Part shown: one piece after another, positions 39,145 through 48,209 of the stretch
Position numbering within the stretch: the stretch's first letter is position 1
How the letters are laid out: every line of letters begins with the position of its first letter
From: an uncultured Oscillospiraceae bacterium
GTDB taxonomy: Bacteria; Bacillota; Clostridia; Oscillospirales; Oscillospiraceae
Assembly: GCA_947599925.1 (NCBI GenBank)
Contig: CANQFT010000004.1
Span: 59,349-123,348 of the forward strand
Direction: 5' to 3'
Length of the DNA: 64,000 nucleotides
The notes under the pieces: model-generated
What the model was told of the DNA's origin: nothing
Database searches by the model: none
The model's input: only the letters and a program-made list of their open reading frames with translations
Made by a program: the position numbers and the translations under genes

Positions 39145-39173
39145 ATTATAAGACCCGCCCTTTCATTTGTCAA
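39145..39173 (-). promoter_or_regulatory. Consensus sigma-A promoter of the Trp T-box leader
   Basis: Minus strand TTGACA (39173-39168), 17 nt, TATAAT (39150-39145). It sits just after the stop codon of the upstream DMT gene. Confidence 0.6.
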
Positions 39174-40092
39174 CCCCTTTTTGAAAAAATTTTTTCCGGG
39201 GCAGGAAGGACAGCTTGGTCTCCGACAGGATGATGGCGCAGAAGATCAGCCCAAAGCCGCAGTACATGGCCGCCGTGGGCCGCTCGTCGCCAAAGAGGAC
39301 GGAGAAGAGCACGCCAAAGGGCGCCTCCAGACTCAGCAGTACCGCCGCCGCCGCCGGCGGGGTGTGGGCCTGGCCGATGTTTTGAAACAGCATGGCCAGG
39401 GCGGTGGAGAACACGGCCAGATAGACGATGCGGGCCCAGTCCGCCCAGGCGATGCCCTGGGCGGGGACCTCTCCGGTGAGCAGCACCCCCAGCCAGGAGA
39501 GCGCCGCCATGGTGGCAAACTGCAAGGTGGTGAGCAAGATCACGTCGGACCGCTCTGTGTACCGGGACACCATGATGATATGCAAAGCGAACATCACGCC
39601 GCCCAGTATGGTCAAAAGATCGCCGCCCACCAGCCCAAACTCTCCGCTGAGGGACACCAGCCCAATGCCCGCCACGCACAAAAAGGCGGCGGCCACGTTG
39701 TAGACGTCGGGCCGCTTGTGGAAAAGGAGCCAGATGAAAAAGGGCACCAGGATGCAGTAGACCGCGGTAAAAAAGGCGTTCTTTCCCGGCGTGGTGCCCT
39801 GCCAGGCGCCCAGCCCGTTGAGACCGTAGGTCTGAAAGATATACGCCCCCTCCATCAAGAGTCCCAGCACGGCCCCGCCTTTCAGCGTGGCCCTGTCCAG
39901 CCGCCGCCATTTTTTCCAAAAGACCACCGCCAGCAGACCCGCACCCAGGGAAAAGCGCACCGCCAGCAGGTAAAACACGGGGATATTGTCCACCGCTTGG
40001 GACATCAGCAGGAAAGAAGAGCCCCAGATCAGCGTGGCGCATACCATCAAAAGCTGGGGCCAGATGGGTGTTTTTGTCTTGGCTTGGGTCAT
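39163..40092 (-). CDS. DMT superfamily (EamA-like) transporter
   Basis: 309 aa, 10 predicted TM segments, two EamA-like halves. Confidence 0.85.
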   Translation of the reverse strand: MTQAKTKTPIWPQLLMVCATLIWGSSFLLMSQAVDNIPVFYLLAVRFSLGAGLLAVVFWKKWRRLDRATLKGGAVLGLLMEGAYIFQTYGLNGLGAWQGTTPGKNAFFTAVYCILVPFFIWLLFHKRPDVYNVAAAFLCVAGIGLVSLSGEFGLVGGDLLTILGGVMFALHIIMVSRYTERSDVILLTTLQFATMAALSWLGVLLTGEVPAQGIAWADWARIVYLAVFSTALAMLFQNIGQAHTPPAAAAVLLSLEAPFGVLFSVLFGDERPTAAMYCGFGLIFCAIILSETKLSFLPRKKFFQKGVDK

Positions 40093-40148
40093 GGCTTGAC
40101 GTCTCCTTTGTTTCGTGCTATCCTCAAAAAAATCAAAGAGGTGATGGC

Positions 40149-40739
40149 ATGGAGCGGTTGTCGCGGGACTTTTACCGCCGGGACACCCTGACGGTGGCCC
40201 AGGACCTGCTGGGCTGTGTGCTGGTCCGGGAGCGGAACGGGGAGCGGCTCATGGGCCGGATCGTGGAGACCGAGGCGTACATCGGCCGCTGTGACAAAGC
40301 CTGCCACGCCTACGGCTACAAGCGAACGCCCCGGACCCGGACCCTCTTCGCCCGGCCCGGCGTGGCCTATCTCTACCTCATCTACGGGATGTATACCTGC
40401 CTGAACCTGGTCACCGAGCCGGAGGGGGAGCCCGCGGCGGTGCTCATCCGGGCCATCGAGCCCCTGGCGGGGGCGGAGACCATGGCCCGGCTGCGCTTTG
40501 GGCGCCCTCTGGACCAGCTGACGGCCTATCAGCAAAAGAATTTCCTCAACGGCCCCGGGAAGCTCTGTAAAGCGTTGGACCTTGACAGGTCCTTCGACGG
40601 CCACGACCTGCTGACCGCCCCTCTCTACCTGCTGCCCCGGCAGGGGCCGGTGGGCGAGATCGCCTGCGGCCCCAGGATCGGCGTGGACTACGCCCAGGAG
40701 GCCCGTGACTTTCCCTGGCGGTTTTGGCTGAGGGCGTAA
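40149..40739 (+). CDS. DNA-3-methyladenine glycosylase (Mpg/AAG family)
   Basis: FY.RDT..VA.DLLG..LVR......GRIVETEAY.G..D.A.HA......R....F...G.AY.Y..YGM..C.N.V. Start at ATG 40149 (AAAGAGGTGAT RBS). Confidence 0.88.
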   Translation: MERLSRDFYRRDTLTVAQDLLGCVLVRERNGERLMGRIVETEAYIGRCDKACHAYGYKRTPRTRTLFARPGVAYLYLIYGMYTCLNLVTEPEGEPAAVLIRAIEPLAGAETMARLRFGRPLDQLTAYQQKNFLNGPGKLCKALDLDRSFDGHDLLTAPLYLLPRQGPVGEIACGPRIGVDYAQEARDFPWRFWLRA

Positions 40740-40751
40740 AGGGGAGACCCT

Positions 40752-43343
40752 TTACGCCTTTTCCATATGCTGGGCGGCGCTTTTGAGCATCAGCCGCTTG
40801 GTGCCCACCTGGTCAAAGGCGATCTCCACAAGGGCGTCGCCCCCCATGGGCTTGACCGCCAGCACCAGGCCGTGGCCGAAGGCGGTGTGGCGCACCTGGT
40901 CGCCCACGGTGAAGTCGGGCAGGGGAGAGGTCGGCCTCTGGCCCTTGGCCGGACCGGTCCGCCCGGTGGAGACCGTGGCGGCGGAGGCTGGCCTGCGGCC
41001 CTTGGTGAACACGCCCACGCTGCCGCCGGCGTCCTCGTCCAGACGACCGTACTCCTGAAACGTCCCCGTGGCGATCCTCCGGCCGCCGCCGGGGCTGTAC
41101 TTGGCGGAGAACGGGGAGGCAAAGGGGCTGTCCCACTGGTCGCCGGACCTGCTGGCGGGGCGGGGCTGGGCCGGCTCCACCGCGGCGGAGGACCAGTCCT
41201 CCAGGGGGTCCCGGTGGAACAAAAACGCCTTGCCGCTGCGCTCCACGTACTCCGGCGGGATCTCCCGCACGAACTGGGAGGGCTGGTTGCAGGTGGTGTG
41301 GCCAAAGAGCATCCGCTGGCTGGCCGAGGCCAGATAGAGCTTCTCCTTGGCCCTGGTCATGGCCACGTAGCACAGCCGCCGCTCCTCCTCCATCTGCTCC
41401 GCGTCGCCGATGGCGCGGATGCCGGGAAAGACCCCGTCCTCCATGCCCACCAAAAAGACCGTGGGGAACTCCAGCCCCTTGGCCGCGTGCATGGTCATCA
41501 TGGACACGCAGTCCTCGCCCGCCTCCCCTTCGTCCAGGGTGGTGTAGAGGGATATTTCGTCCAAAAAGCCCGCCAGCGTGGGGTTTTCCGGGTCCTGTTC
41601 CAGATAGCCGTTGATGGAGGTCAAAAGTTCCCGCACGTTCTCCAGCCGCGTGGCGTTCTCCACGGTGTCCTTGCTCTCCAGCATCACCGCGTAACCCGTC
41701 TTGACGATCAGTTCCTCGTAGAAGTCGTTGAGGGCCATGGTGTCCAGCGACCCGCGGAGCTGGGTCATCAGCCGCGTAAAATCCGCCAGCTTCGCCTGGG
41801 CTTTCATCAGTTCCGGGTAGTCCCCCGCGTGGGAGATGACTTCCCACAGGGACACGCCCTTCCCCTCCGCGATGGCCTGGGCCCGGTCCAGGGTGGCCGC
41901 GCCGATGCCCCTGGGCGGGTTGTTGACGATCCGCAGCAGCCGCAGGTCGTCGGCGGGATTGTGGAGCACGAAGAGATAGGCCAGCATATCCTTCACCTCG
42001 GCCCTGTCGAAGAACCGGGTGCCACCGTAGATGCGGTAGGGGATGCCGTTGCGTTTCATAGCGTTTTCGATCTGGTTGGACTGGGCGTTCATGCGGTAGA
42101 GCACGGCGAAATCCTTGAAGTGGGCGCCCTGGGCCACGCCGTCCAGCACCCGCGAGGCCACGAACTGCGCCTCGTCGGACTCGTTCATGGCCGTGTAGTG
42201 CTGTACCTTGTCTCCCTGGTCGTGCCGGGTCCACAGCCGCTTGCCCTTCCGCCCCAGATTGTTGGCGATCACCGCGTTGGAGGCGTCCAGAATGTACCCC
42301 GTGGAGCGGTAATTCTGCTCCAGACGGATGACCCTGGCGCCCTTATACTGGCGCTCAAAGGACAGGATGTTCTCGATGGTGGCGCCCCGGAAGCGGTAGA
42401 TGGACTGATCGTCGTCCCCCACCACGCAGATGTTCTCCCACTTGCCCGCCAGCAGGGAGGCCAGGCGGTACTGGAGGGCGTTGGTGTCCTGGTACTCGTC
42501 GATGAGGACGTAGCGGAACTTGTTCTGATAGTAGGCCCGCACGTCCTCGCGCTGTTCCAGCAGCCGCACCGTGTGCAGAATGAGGTCGTCAAAGTCCAGC
42601 GCGCCCGCGTCCCACAGCCGCCTTTGATACTCGGTATAGACCTCCGCGGCCTTCATCAGATAGACGTCGCCCGTCTGCTTCTGCCTGGCGGCGTAGTCCT
42701 CCGCCAGCAGTTCCTGGTCCTTGGCCTTGGAGATCTGCCCCAGGATCGTCCTGGGGGCGAAGATCTTGTCGTCCATGTTTTTGGCCTTGAGAATGTCCTT
42801 GATGACCCGCAGGGAGTCGTCGGTGTCGTAGATGGTAAAGGATGGGTCAAAGCCCAGCTTGTCGATGTCCCGGCGCAGGATCCGCAGACAGGCGGAGTGA
42901 AACGTAGCGGCCCACACGTCTCCGGCCAGCGCCTGCCCCAGCTGGGCCCCCAGCCGGTCTTTCAGCTCTCCGGCGGCCTTGTTGGTAAAGGTGATGGCCA
43001 GGATGGACCAGGGCGCGGCGGGCTCCACCGCGCACAGCGCCACGGCGCGGGCCCTGTCGCCCTGCCCCTTGCTCTCCACATAGCCCCGCAAAAACGCCAG
43101 GTCCTCCGCCGTGACCCACTGGGGCGTCTCGTCGCTGTCCGAGCCCCGCCCATAGGTGATCAGGTTGGCGATGCGCTGGATGAGCACGGTGGTCTTGCCG
43201 CTGCCCGCGCCCGCCAGCAGCAGCAGCGGCCCCTGGGTGGTCAGCGCCCCCTCCAACTGCTGGGGATTCAGCCGCGGGTAGTCCAGGGCGATGGCCTGGC
43301 GGCGAAGCCGGACAAACTCCAGCGCGTCCTTTCCGGTGAGCAC
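40752..43343 (-). CDS. pcrA: ATP-dependent DNA helicase PcrA/UvrD
   Basis: 863 aa. LNPQQ..A....GPLLLLAGAGSGKT, DEYQDTN, the remaining SF1 motifs, and a C-terminal Tudor-like domain (FTVGDQVRHTAFGHGLVLAV). GTG start. Confidence 0.95.
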   Translation of the reverse strand: MLTGKDALEFVRLRRQAIALDYPRLNPQQLEGALTTQGPLLLLAGAGSGKTTVLIQRIANLITYGRGSDSDETPQWVTAEDLAFLRGYVESKGQGDRARAVALCAVEPAAPWSILAITFTNKAAGELKDRLGAQLGQALAGDVWAATFHSACLRILRRDIDKLGFDPSFTIYDTDDSLRVIKDILKAKNMDDKIFAPRTILGQISKAKDQELLAEDYAARQKQTGDVYLMKAAEVYTEYQRRLWDAGALDFDDLILHTVRLLEQREDVRAYYQNKFRYVLIDEYQDTNALQYRLASLLAGKWENICVVGDDDQSIYRFRGATIENILSFERQYKGARVIRLEQNYRSTGYILDASNAVIANNLGRKGKRLWTRHDQGDKVQHYTAMNESDEAQFVASRVLDGVAQGAHFKDFAVLYRMNAQSNQIENAMKRNGIPYRIYGGTRFFDRAEVKDMLAYLFVLHNPADDLRLLRIVNNPPRGIGAATLDRAQAIAEGKGVSLWEVISHAGDYPELMKAQAKLADFTRLMTQLRGSLDTMALNDFYEELIVKTGYAVMLESKDTVENATRLENVRELLTSINGYLEQDPENPTLAGFLDEISLYTTLDEGEAGEDCVSMMTMHAAKGLEFPTVFLVGMEDGVFPGIRAIGDAEQMEEERRLCYVAMTRAKEKLYLASASQRMLFGHTTCNQPSQFVREIPPEYVERSGKAFLFHRDPLEDWSSAAVEPAQPRPASRSGDQWDSPFASPFSAKYSPGGGRRIATGTFQEYGRLDEDAGGSVGVFTKGRRPASAATVSTGRTGPAKGQRPTSPLPDFTVGDQVRHTAFGHGLVLAVKPMGGDALVEIAFDQVGTKRLMLKSAAQHMEKA

Positions 43344-43368
43344 GGCCCCTCACTTCCTCTCTCTACGC

Positions 43369-43403
43369 AAAAAGAGGGCGCGCCCGGCACGGGCGTGCCC
43401 TCT
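43369..43403 (-). terminator. Terminator of the cmk-plsC-ispH/rpsA operon
   Basis: Minus strand AGAGGGCACGCCCG-UGC-CGGGCGCGCCCUCU followed by UUUUUG. Confidence 0.7.
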
Positions 43404-43415
43404 CAAGCGGTGAAT

Positions 43416-45509
43416 TTACGCCTCGGTCTCAGGCGCCTTGGCCTCCTCAGCGGTCTCGGCGGCTTCCTCAGCGGCCTCCGCGGTCTCCGCGAAGGCGGGA
43501 GCCACCGTGGTAGCCTCGCCGTCGGCGGAGGCAACTACCTCGTCGGGCTCCATGCCCTTTTCAGCGACCTGGGCGGCCTCCTCGGCCTGGGCCTTCTCCA
43601 GCAGGGCGCGGATGGACAGGGAGATCTTCTTGTTCTCCTTGTCGATGGCGGTGATCATCACCGTCACCTCCTGCCCCTCGTTGACCACGTCCTCCGGCTT
43701 CTCGATCCGGTGGTCAGAGAGCTGGGAGATGTGGATCAGACCGTCCACGCCGGGGATGACCTCGGCAAAGGCGCCGAAGGTCATCAGCTTGACGACCTTG
43801 GCGGTGACCACACTGCCCACGTCGTACTTCTCCACGAACTGGGCCCAGGGATCCTGGCTGTGGTCCTTCATGCCCAGGGAGATCTTCCGCTTCTCCTTGT
43901 CGAAGGAGATGACGTACACGTTCACCGTGTCGCCCACGTTGACGACCTCGGAGGGGTGCTTGATGCGGGACCAGGAGAGCTCGGAGATATGGACCATGCC
44001 GTCCACGCCGCCGATGTCCACAAAGGCGCCGTAGTTCACCAGGGACTTCACAACGCCCTCGTACTTCTTGCCCACCTCGATGTTGTCCCACACCTCGGCG
44101 GCCTTGGCGTCGCGCTCTTCCTGCTCCACGGCGCGGATGGAACCCACCACGCGCTTCCTGTGGCTGTCCACCTCGGTGATGCGCAGCCGGACCTTCTTCT
44201 TGAGCATCTGGGAGAGGTCGGCGCCGCGGGGCTGGCCGGACTGGGAGGCGGGGATGAACACCCGCACGCCCTTGACGCTGGCCACGATGCCGCCCTTGTT
44301 CTCCTCGGTGATGACGCCCTCCAGAATGGACTTGTCGTCCACAGCGTTTTCAATGTCTTCCCAGCTCTTGACACTGTCCAGCTTCTTCTTGGAGAGGGTG
44401 ACGACGCCCTCGCCGTCATTGACCCGGACCACAAAGACCTCGATCTCCTGGCCCACTTTCACCAGGTCCTCCACCTTGGCCTCCGGGTCGTCGGTCAACT
44501 GGTCCAGCGGGATATACGCCGCGTGCTTGGTGCCCAGGTCCACAGAGACTTCCGTGGGGCTGATCTCTGTGACGATGCCCGTTACCTTATCCCCCGTATG
44601 CAAAGTTTTGATCGATTTCTCCAGCATTTCCTCAAAGGATTCCTCGATCTCAATCATGTTGTTCTCGTCGCTCATTGTGTCATAGACCTCCTTTATTATC
44701 CACCCAGGCGTGGAAGCGCCCGCGGTGATACCTACCCTGGTCATCCCGGAAAATTGAGATGGGTCCAGCTCCGCGGCCTGGGTGATCTGCACCACATGGC
44801 CGCACGCCGCGCGGCAAAGCTGGGTGAGGCGGTTGGTGTTGGAGCTTTTGGGGTCGCCGATGACGATCATACCGTCGCACCGGGCGGCCAGCTCCGCGGC
44901 CTCCTTTTGCCGCTGGTAGGTAGCGTTACATATTGTATCAAAGATTTTGAGATTTGTACACACCTTTTTTGCAAATTCTACGCAACTTTTCCATTGGGCG
45001 GGGATGGCGGTGGTCTGGGAGACCATGGTCAGTGGTAAATTTTGGCGATTTTTGTCCTCTTCCAGCCATTTTTTAAGACCTTCCACACCTTCTACCACAA
45101 CTGATGAAGAACACCAGCCCGCGATGGCCTGGACCTCCGGATGGCTGGGGGTGCCCACGATCACGGGGATCCGGCCCTCCTCTCCCGCCTGGCGGACCAG
45201 TTGGTGGATGCGCCGGACGTTGGGGCACACGGCGTCCGCCACGGTCCAGCCGCCCCGCTCCAGCGCCTCATAGACCGCCTTTGGCTCGCCGTGGGAGCGC
45301 AGAAGCACCGCGCGGCCCGGCGGCAGGTCCTCCACCCTCCGGCAAAGGGCCATGCCCTGGGCCTCCAGCTGGGCGATGACGTGGTCGTTGTGGATGATGG
45401 GCCCCAGCATGGCGCAGGGCGTGCCGGAGGACGCCAGGGCCTGGGCCATGTCCACCGCCCTCCGCACGCCGTAGCAGAATCCGGCGGACCTGGCCAGAAT
45501 GACCTCCAT
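43416..45509 (-). CDS. ispH: Bifunctional 4-hydroxy-3-methylbut-2-enyl diphosphate reductase (IspH) / ribosomal protein S1-like protein
   Basis: N-terminal IspH (MEVILARSAGFCYGVRRAV..., HNDHV, SSNTNRL) fused in frame to four S1 domains (GDKVTGIV, ILEGVI, YEGVVKSLVNYGAFVDIGG.DGMVHISE, VVTAKVVKLMTFGAFAE). The ATG at 45509 overlaps the plsC TAA by 1 nt. The upstream part of the 892-aa track ORF is out of context. Confidence 0.92.
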   Translation of the reverse strand: MEVILARSAGFCYGVRRAVDMAQALASSGTPCAMLGPIIHNDHVIAQLEAQGMALCRRVEDLPPGRAVLLRSHGEPKAVYEALERGGWTVADAVCPNVRRIHQLVRQAGEEGRIPVIVGTPSHPEVQAIAGWCSSSVVVEGVEGLKKWLEEDKNRQNLPLTMVSQTTAIPAQWKSCVEFAKKVCTNLKIFDTICNATYQRQKEAAELAARCDGMIVIGDPKSSNTNRLTQLCRAACGHVVQITQAAELDPSQFSGMTRVGITAGASTPGWIIKEVYDTMSDENNMIEIEESFEEMLEKSIKTLHTGDKVTGIVTEISPTEVSVDLGTKHAAYIPLDQLTDDPEAKVEDLVKVGQEIEVFVVRVNDGEGVVTLSKKKLDSVKSWEDIENAVDDKSILEGVITEENKGGIVASVKGVRVFIPASQSGQPRGADLSQMLKKKVRLRITEVDSHRKRVVGSIRAVEQEERDAKAAEVWDNIEVGKKYEGVVKSLVNYGAFVDIGGVDGMVHISELSWSRIKHPSEVVNVGDTVNVYVISFDKEKRKISLGMKDHSQDPWAQFVEKYDVGSVVTAKVVKLMTFGAFAEVIPGVDGLIHISQLSDHRIEKPEDVVNEGQEVTVMITAIDKENKKISLSIRALLEKAQAEEAAQVAEKGMEPDEVVASADGEATTVAPAFAETAEAAEEAAETAEEAKAPETEA

Positions 45510-46105
45510 TATGGAGTCCCCGCCAGGGCCTTGATCCGGCCCAGCAGGTCGTCGGCGATGGGCTGATAGTCCTCGGCGGTGGGCTTGCCCTCGTGGGCGG
45601 TCTGGGGGATGTAGGCCTCTCCGAAGGTGATGGTGGTCCGGCGGAACCAGCCCAGCCGCGGCGGTACGTAGACCGGCACCACGGGCACCCCGGTCCGCAG
45701 GGCCAGCATGGCCGCCCCCGTCTTGGCCTCCTGCTCGGCGCCCTCTTTGACCCTGGTGCCCTCCGGGAACATCAGGAGCTTGCCGTCGCTTTTCAGCACC
45801 CGCATACACTCCTTGATGGCCTTCACGTCCGACTTGCCCCGCTCCACCGGGATACACCCCACCTTTTCGAACATCCAGCCCAGGACGGGGATGTGCAGCA
45901 GTTCCGCCTTGGCCATGATATAGGGGTGGCGCCGGCGGCCCATGGAAAAGACGATGAACAGCGGGTCGGAATACCGGGTGTGGTTGCCGCACAGCAGGCA
46001 TCCGCCCTGGGGGATGTGTTCCAGACCCACCACTCTCCTGGGGTGGACCAGGGTAAAAAAGGGCCACACAATGGCGTAGATCACCCGAAACCAAAATTCA
46101 CTCAC
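45509..46105 (-). CDS. plsC: 1-acyl-sn-glycerol-3-phosphate acyltransferase
   Basis: 198 aa with the HX4D-type motif region (NHTRYSDP) and FPEGTR. GTG start overlapping the cmk stop. Confidence 0.88.
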   Translation of the reverse strand: MSEFWFRVIYAIVWPFFTLVHPRRVVGLEHIPQGGCLLCGNHTRYSDPLFIVFSMGRRRHPYIMAKAELLHIPVLGWMFEKVGCIPVERGKSDVKAIKECMRVLKSDGKLLMFPEGTRVKEGAEQEAKTGAAMLALRTGVPVVPVYVPPRLGWFRRTTITFGEAYIPQTAHEGKPTAEDYQPIADDLLGRIKALAGTP

Positions 46106-46779
46106 AGTCCAAGCCGCTCCTTTGCCAAATTGATAAGGGCCAGAAAACTCTCGTCCAGATCAAGCTCCGTGGTGTCCACCAACACCGCGCCCTCCGCCTG
46201 CCGCAAGGGGGCCACGGCCCTGTGGGAGTCCCGGTAGTCCCGGTCCAGCATATCCTGAAGCACCGCCTCATACTCCGTCTGCTGGCCCCGTTCCAACAGC
46301 TCCTTGTGGCGCCGCCGGGCGCGGGCCTCCGGCCGGGCGGTGAGGTAAATCTTCAGCGCCGCGCCGGGCAGGACCACCGTGCCGATGTCCCGGCCGTCCA
46401 TGATCACGTCGTTCTCCCTGGCGAACCGCCTCTGCATCTCCAGCAGATAGGCCCGCACGCCGGGGATGGCCGAGACCTGGCTGGCGGCGTCGGAGACCCG
46501 GTGTTCCCGGATGGCCTGGGTGACGTCCTCGCCGTTCAGATACATATGTTGTAACCCATCGGGGGCGTAGGCGGTGGTGATGACCAGGGCGGGCAAAAGG
46601 GGCAGGACCCCCGCCGGGTCGCTGGGGGCCACGCCCTGGCGCAGAGCCGCCAGCCCCACCGTGCGGTAGATGGCCCCGGTGTCCACATACAAAAAGCCCA
46701 GTTCTTTGGCCAGGCGCTTGGCCAGGGTGGACTTGCCGGCCCCGGATGGGCCGTCGATGGCAATGGCGCGGTAAGTCAT
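46102..46779 (-). CDS. cmk: Cytidylate kinase
   Basis: IAIDGPSGAGKST.AK.LA..LGF.YVDTGA.YR. Confidence 0.95.
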   Translation of the reverse strand: MTYRAIAIDGPSGAGKSTLAKRLAKELGFLYVDTGAIYRTVGLAALRQGVAPSDPAGVLPLLPALVITTAYAPDGLQHMYLNGEDVTQAIREHRVSDAASQVSAIPGVRAYLLEMQRRFARENDVIMDGRDIGTVVLPGAALKIYLTARPEARARRRHKELLERGQQTEYEAVLQDMLDRDYRDSHRAVAPLRQAEGAVLVDTTELDLDESFLALINLAKERLGL

Positions 46780-48209
46780 GGTGTCGCTCCTTTCCAGATC
46801 TGCCCGGCGTGAACACCGGCGGCGTGGCCGGTGGCCCAGGCGATTTGCAGATTAAAGCCGCCGGTGTAGCCGTCCGCGTCCAGCACCTCCCCGGCGAAGT
46901 AGAGGTTTTCCACCAACTTGGACCCCATGGTCCTGGGGTCCACTTCCCGGACGTCCACGCCCCCGGTGGTGACGATGGCCTCCTCCACCGGCCGCGGTCC
47001 CCGGATGGGAAAGGCCAGGTCCTTCAAGACCCCGCACAGGGCCCGCCGGGCCCCGCGGGTCAGGGAGTTGAGCTTCAACCGCCCGGAGACGCCGGCCCGC
47101 TCCAGCACCGCCGGGGCCAGCAGCCGGGGGACCAGGGTGAGGGCGTAGTTGGCCATGTCCCGGTTGGAATATTCTTCCAGATCCCGCGTCACGCGCCCCT
47201 CCAGCTGTTCCAGGGTCAGAGCGGGCTTGAGGTCGATGTGGGCGGTGTAGGTCTCCTGGTCAAAATGGCGCAGGTGGGCGCTGGCGGACAGCACCAGCGG
47301 CCCCGACAGGCCAAAGTGGGTAAAGAGCAATTCGCCCTGGTCGGCGAAGAGGACCTTGTTCTTTTGGCTAACGACCGTTAGCCGGACGTTTTTCAGGGAC
47401 AGGCCCTGGAGGGGGGCGCAGCCCTCCGCCTCCAGCGGGACCAGGGAGCCCCGCGGGGGCACGACGCTGTGGCCGGCGCTCCGGGCCAGGGCGTAGCCAT
47501 CGCCGGTGGAGCCGGTGGCGGGGTAGGAGAGGCCGCCGGTGGCGACGATGGCCGCCGCGCAGGGAAAAACGCCGCCCGCGCCCACCACTGCGGAGACCCT
47601 GCCGCTCGCGGCGGCTTGGGCGGGGAGGTTAGCGCCCTCGGCGGCTTGGGCGGGGAGGTTAGCGCCCTCGGCGGCCACGGCGGAGACCCTGGCGCTCGCG
47701 GCGGGGAGGTTAGCGCCCTCGCTCACCACGGCGGAGACCCTGGCGCTCGCGGTGGGGAAGTTGGCGGGTTCAATGGCCGGGGTGGGGAGGCTGGGGGCGT
47801 ATTCCAGGGCGATGGCCCGGTCCTCCACAATGGCAACGCCGGCTCTGCGGAGGGCGAAGAACAGCGCGTCGATGACGTCGGAGGACTTGTCGGAGGCGGG
47901 GAATACCCGGTTGCCCCGCTCTATCTTCAGGGGAACTCCCAAATTTTGGAAAAAGTCCATGGTCTCCGACGGGGGAAAGGCGGACATGGCGCTATACAAA
48001 AACCTGCCGTTTCTGGGGATGGAGGCCAGGACCTGGTCCACGGCGCAGGCATTTGTGAGATTGCACCGGCCCTTGCCGGTGATGTAGAGCTTGCGGCCCA
48101 GCTTGGGGTTGCGCTCCAGCAGAGTGACCGCCGCGCCCTGCCGCCGGGCGGTGAGGGCGGCCATCATCCCCGCCGCGCCGCCGCCGATGACGACGATGGG
48201 GGGCTTCAA
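46776..48209 (-). CDS. HI0933/BaiN-family FAD-dependent oxidoreductase with an internal low-complexity repeat insertion
   Basis: VVIGGGAAGMMAA dinucleotide fold, ITGKGRCNLTN, ATGGLSYP.TGSTGDGY, TGG..V.EV.P.TM.SK....LYFAGE.LD.DG.TGG.N. TTG start at 48209 overlapping the regulator stop (TTGA). Confidence 0.88.
   Translation of the reverse strand: MKPPIVVIGGGAAGMMAALTARRQGAAVTLLERNPKLGRKLYITGKGRCNLTNACAVDQVLASIPRNGRFLYSAMSAFPPSETMDFFQNLGVPLKIERGNRVFPASDKSSDVIDALFFALRRAGVAIVEDRAIALEYAPSLPTPAIEPANFPTASARVSAVVSEGANLPAASARVSAVAAEGANLPAQAAEGANLPAQAAASGRVSAVVGAGGVFPCAAAIVATGGLSYPATGSTGDGYALARSAGHSVVPPRGSLVPLEAEGCAPLQGLSLKNVRLTVVSQKNKVLFADQGELLFTHFGLSGPLVLSASAHLRHFDQETYTAHIDLKPALTLEQLEGRVTRDLEEYSNRDMANYALTLVPRLLAPAVLERAGVSGRLKLNSLTRGARRALCGVLKDLAFPIRGPRPVEEAIVTTGGVDVREVDPRTMGSKLVENLYFAGEVLDADGYTGGFNLQIAWATGHAAGVHAGQIWKGATP
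47584..47770. repeat. Nested in-frame tandem repeats (30-bp unit x2 perfect at 47611-47670; ~51-bp related units) within the HI0933 gene
   Basis: gcggcttgggcggggaggttagcgccctcg occurs twice in tandem. cggagaccctg(c/g)cgctcgcg recurs at about 47591, 47680 and 47731, and ggggaggttagcgccctcg recurs again at 47703. Confidence 0.9.

Noticed and set aside
40767-45038. 1423-aa plus-strand ORF spanning pcrA and ispH/rpsA
   Set aside because: It is antisense to two well-supported genes and crosses their intergenic terminator. It has no recognisable motifs and a composition typical of GC-rich antisense frames.
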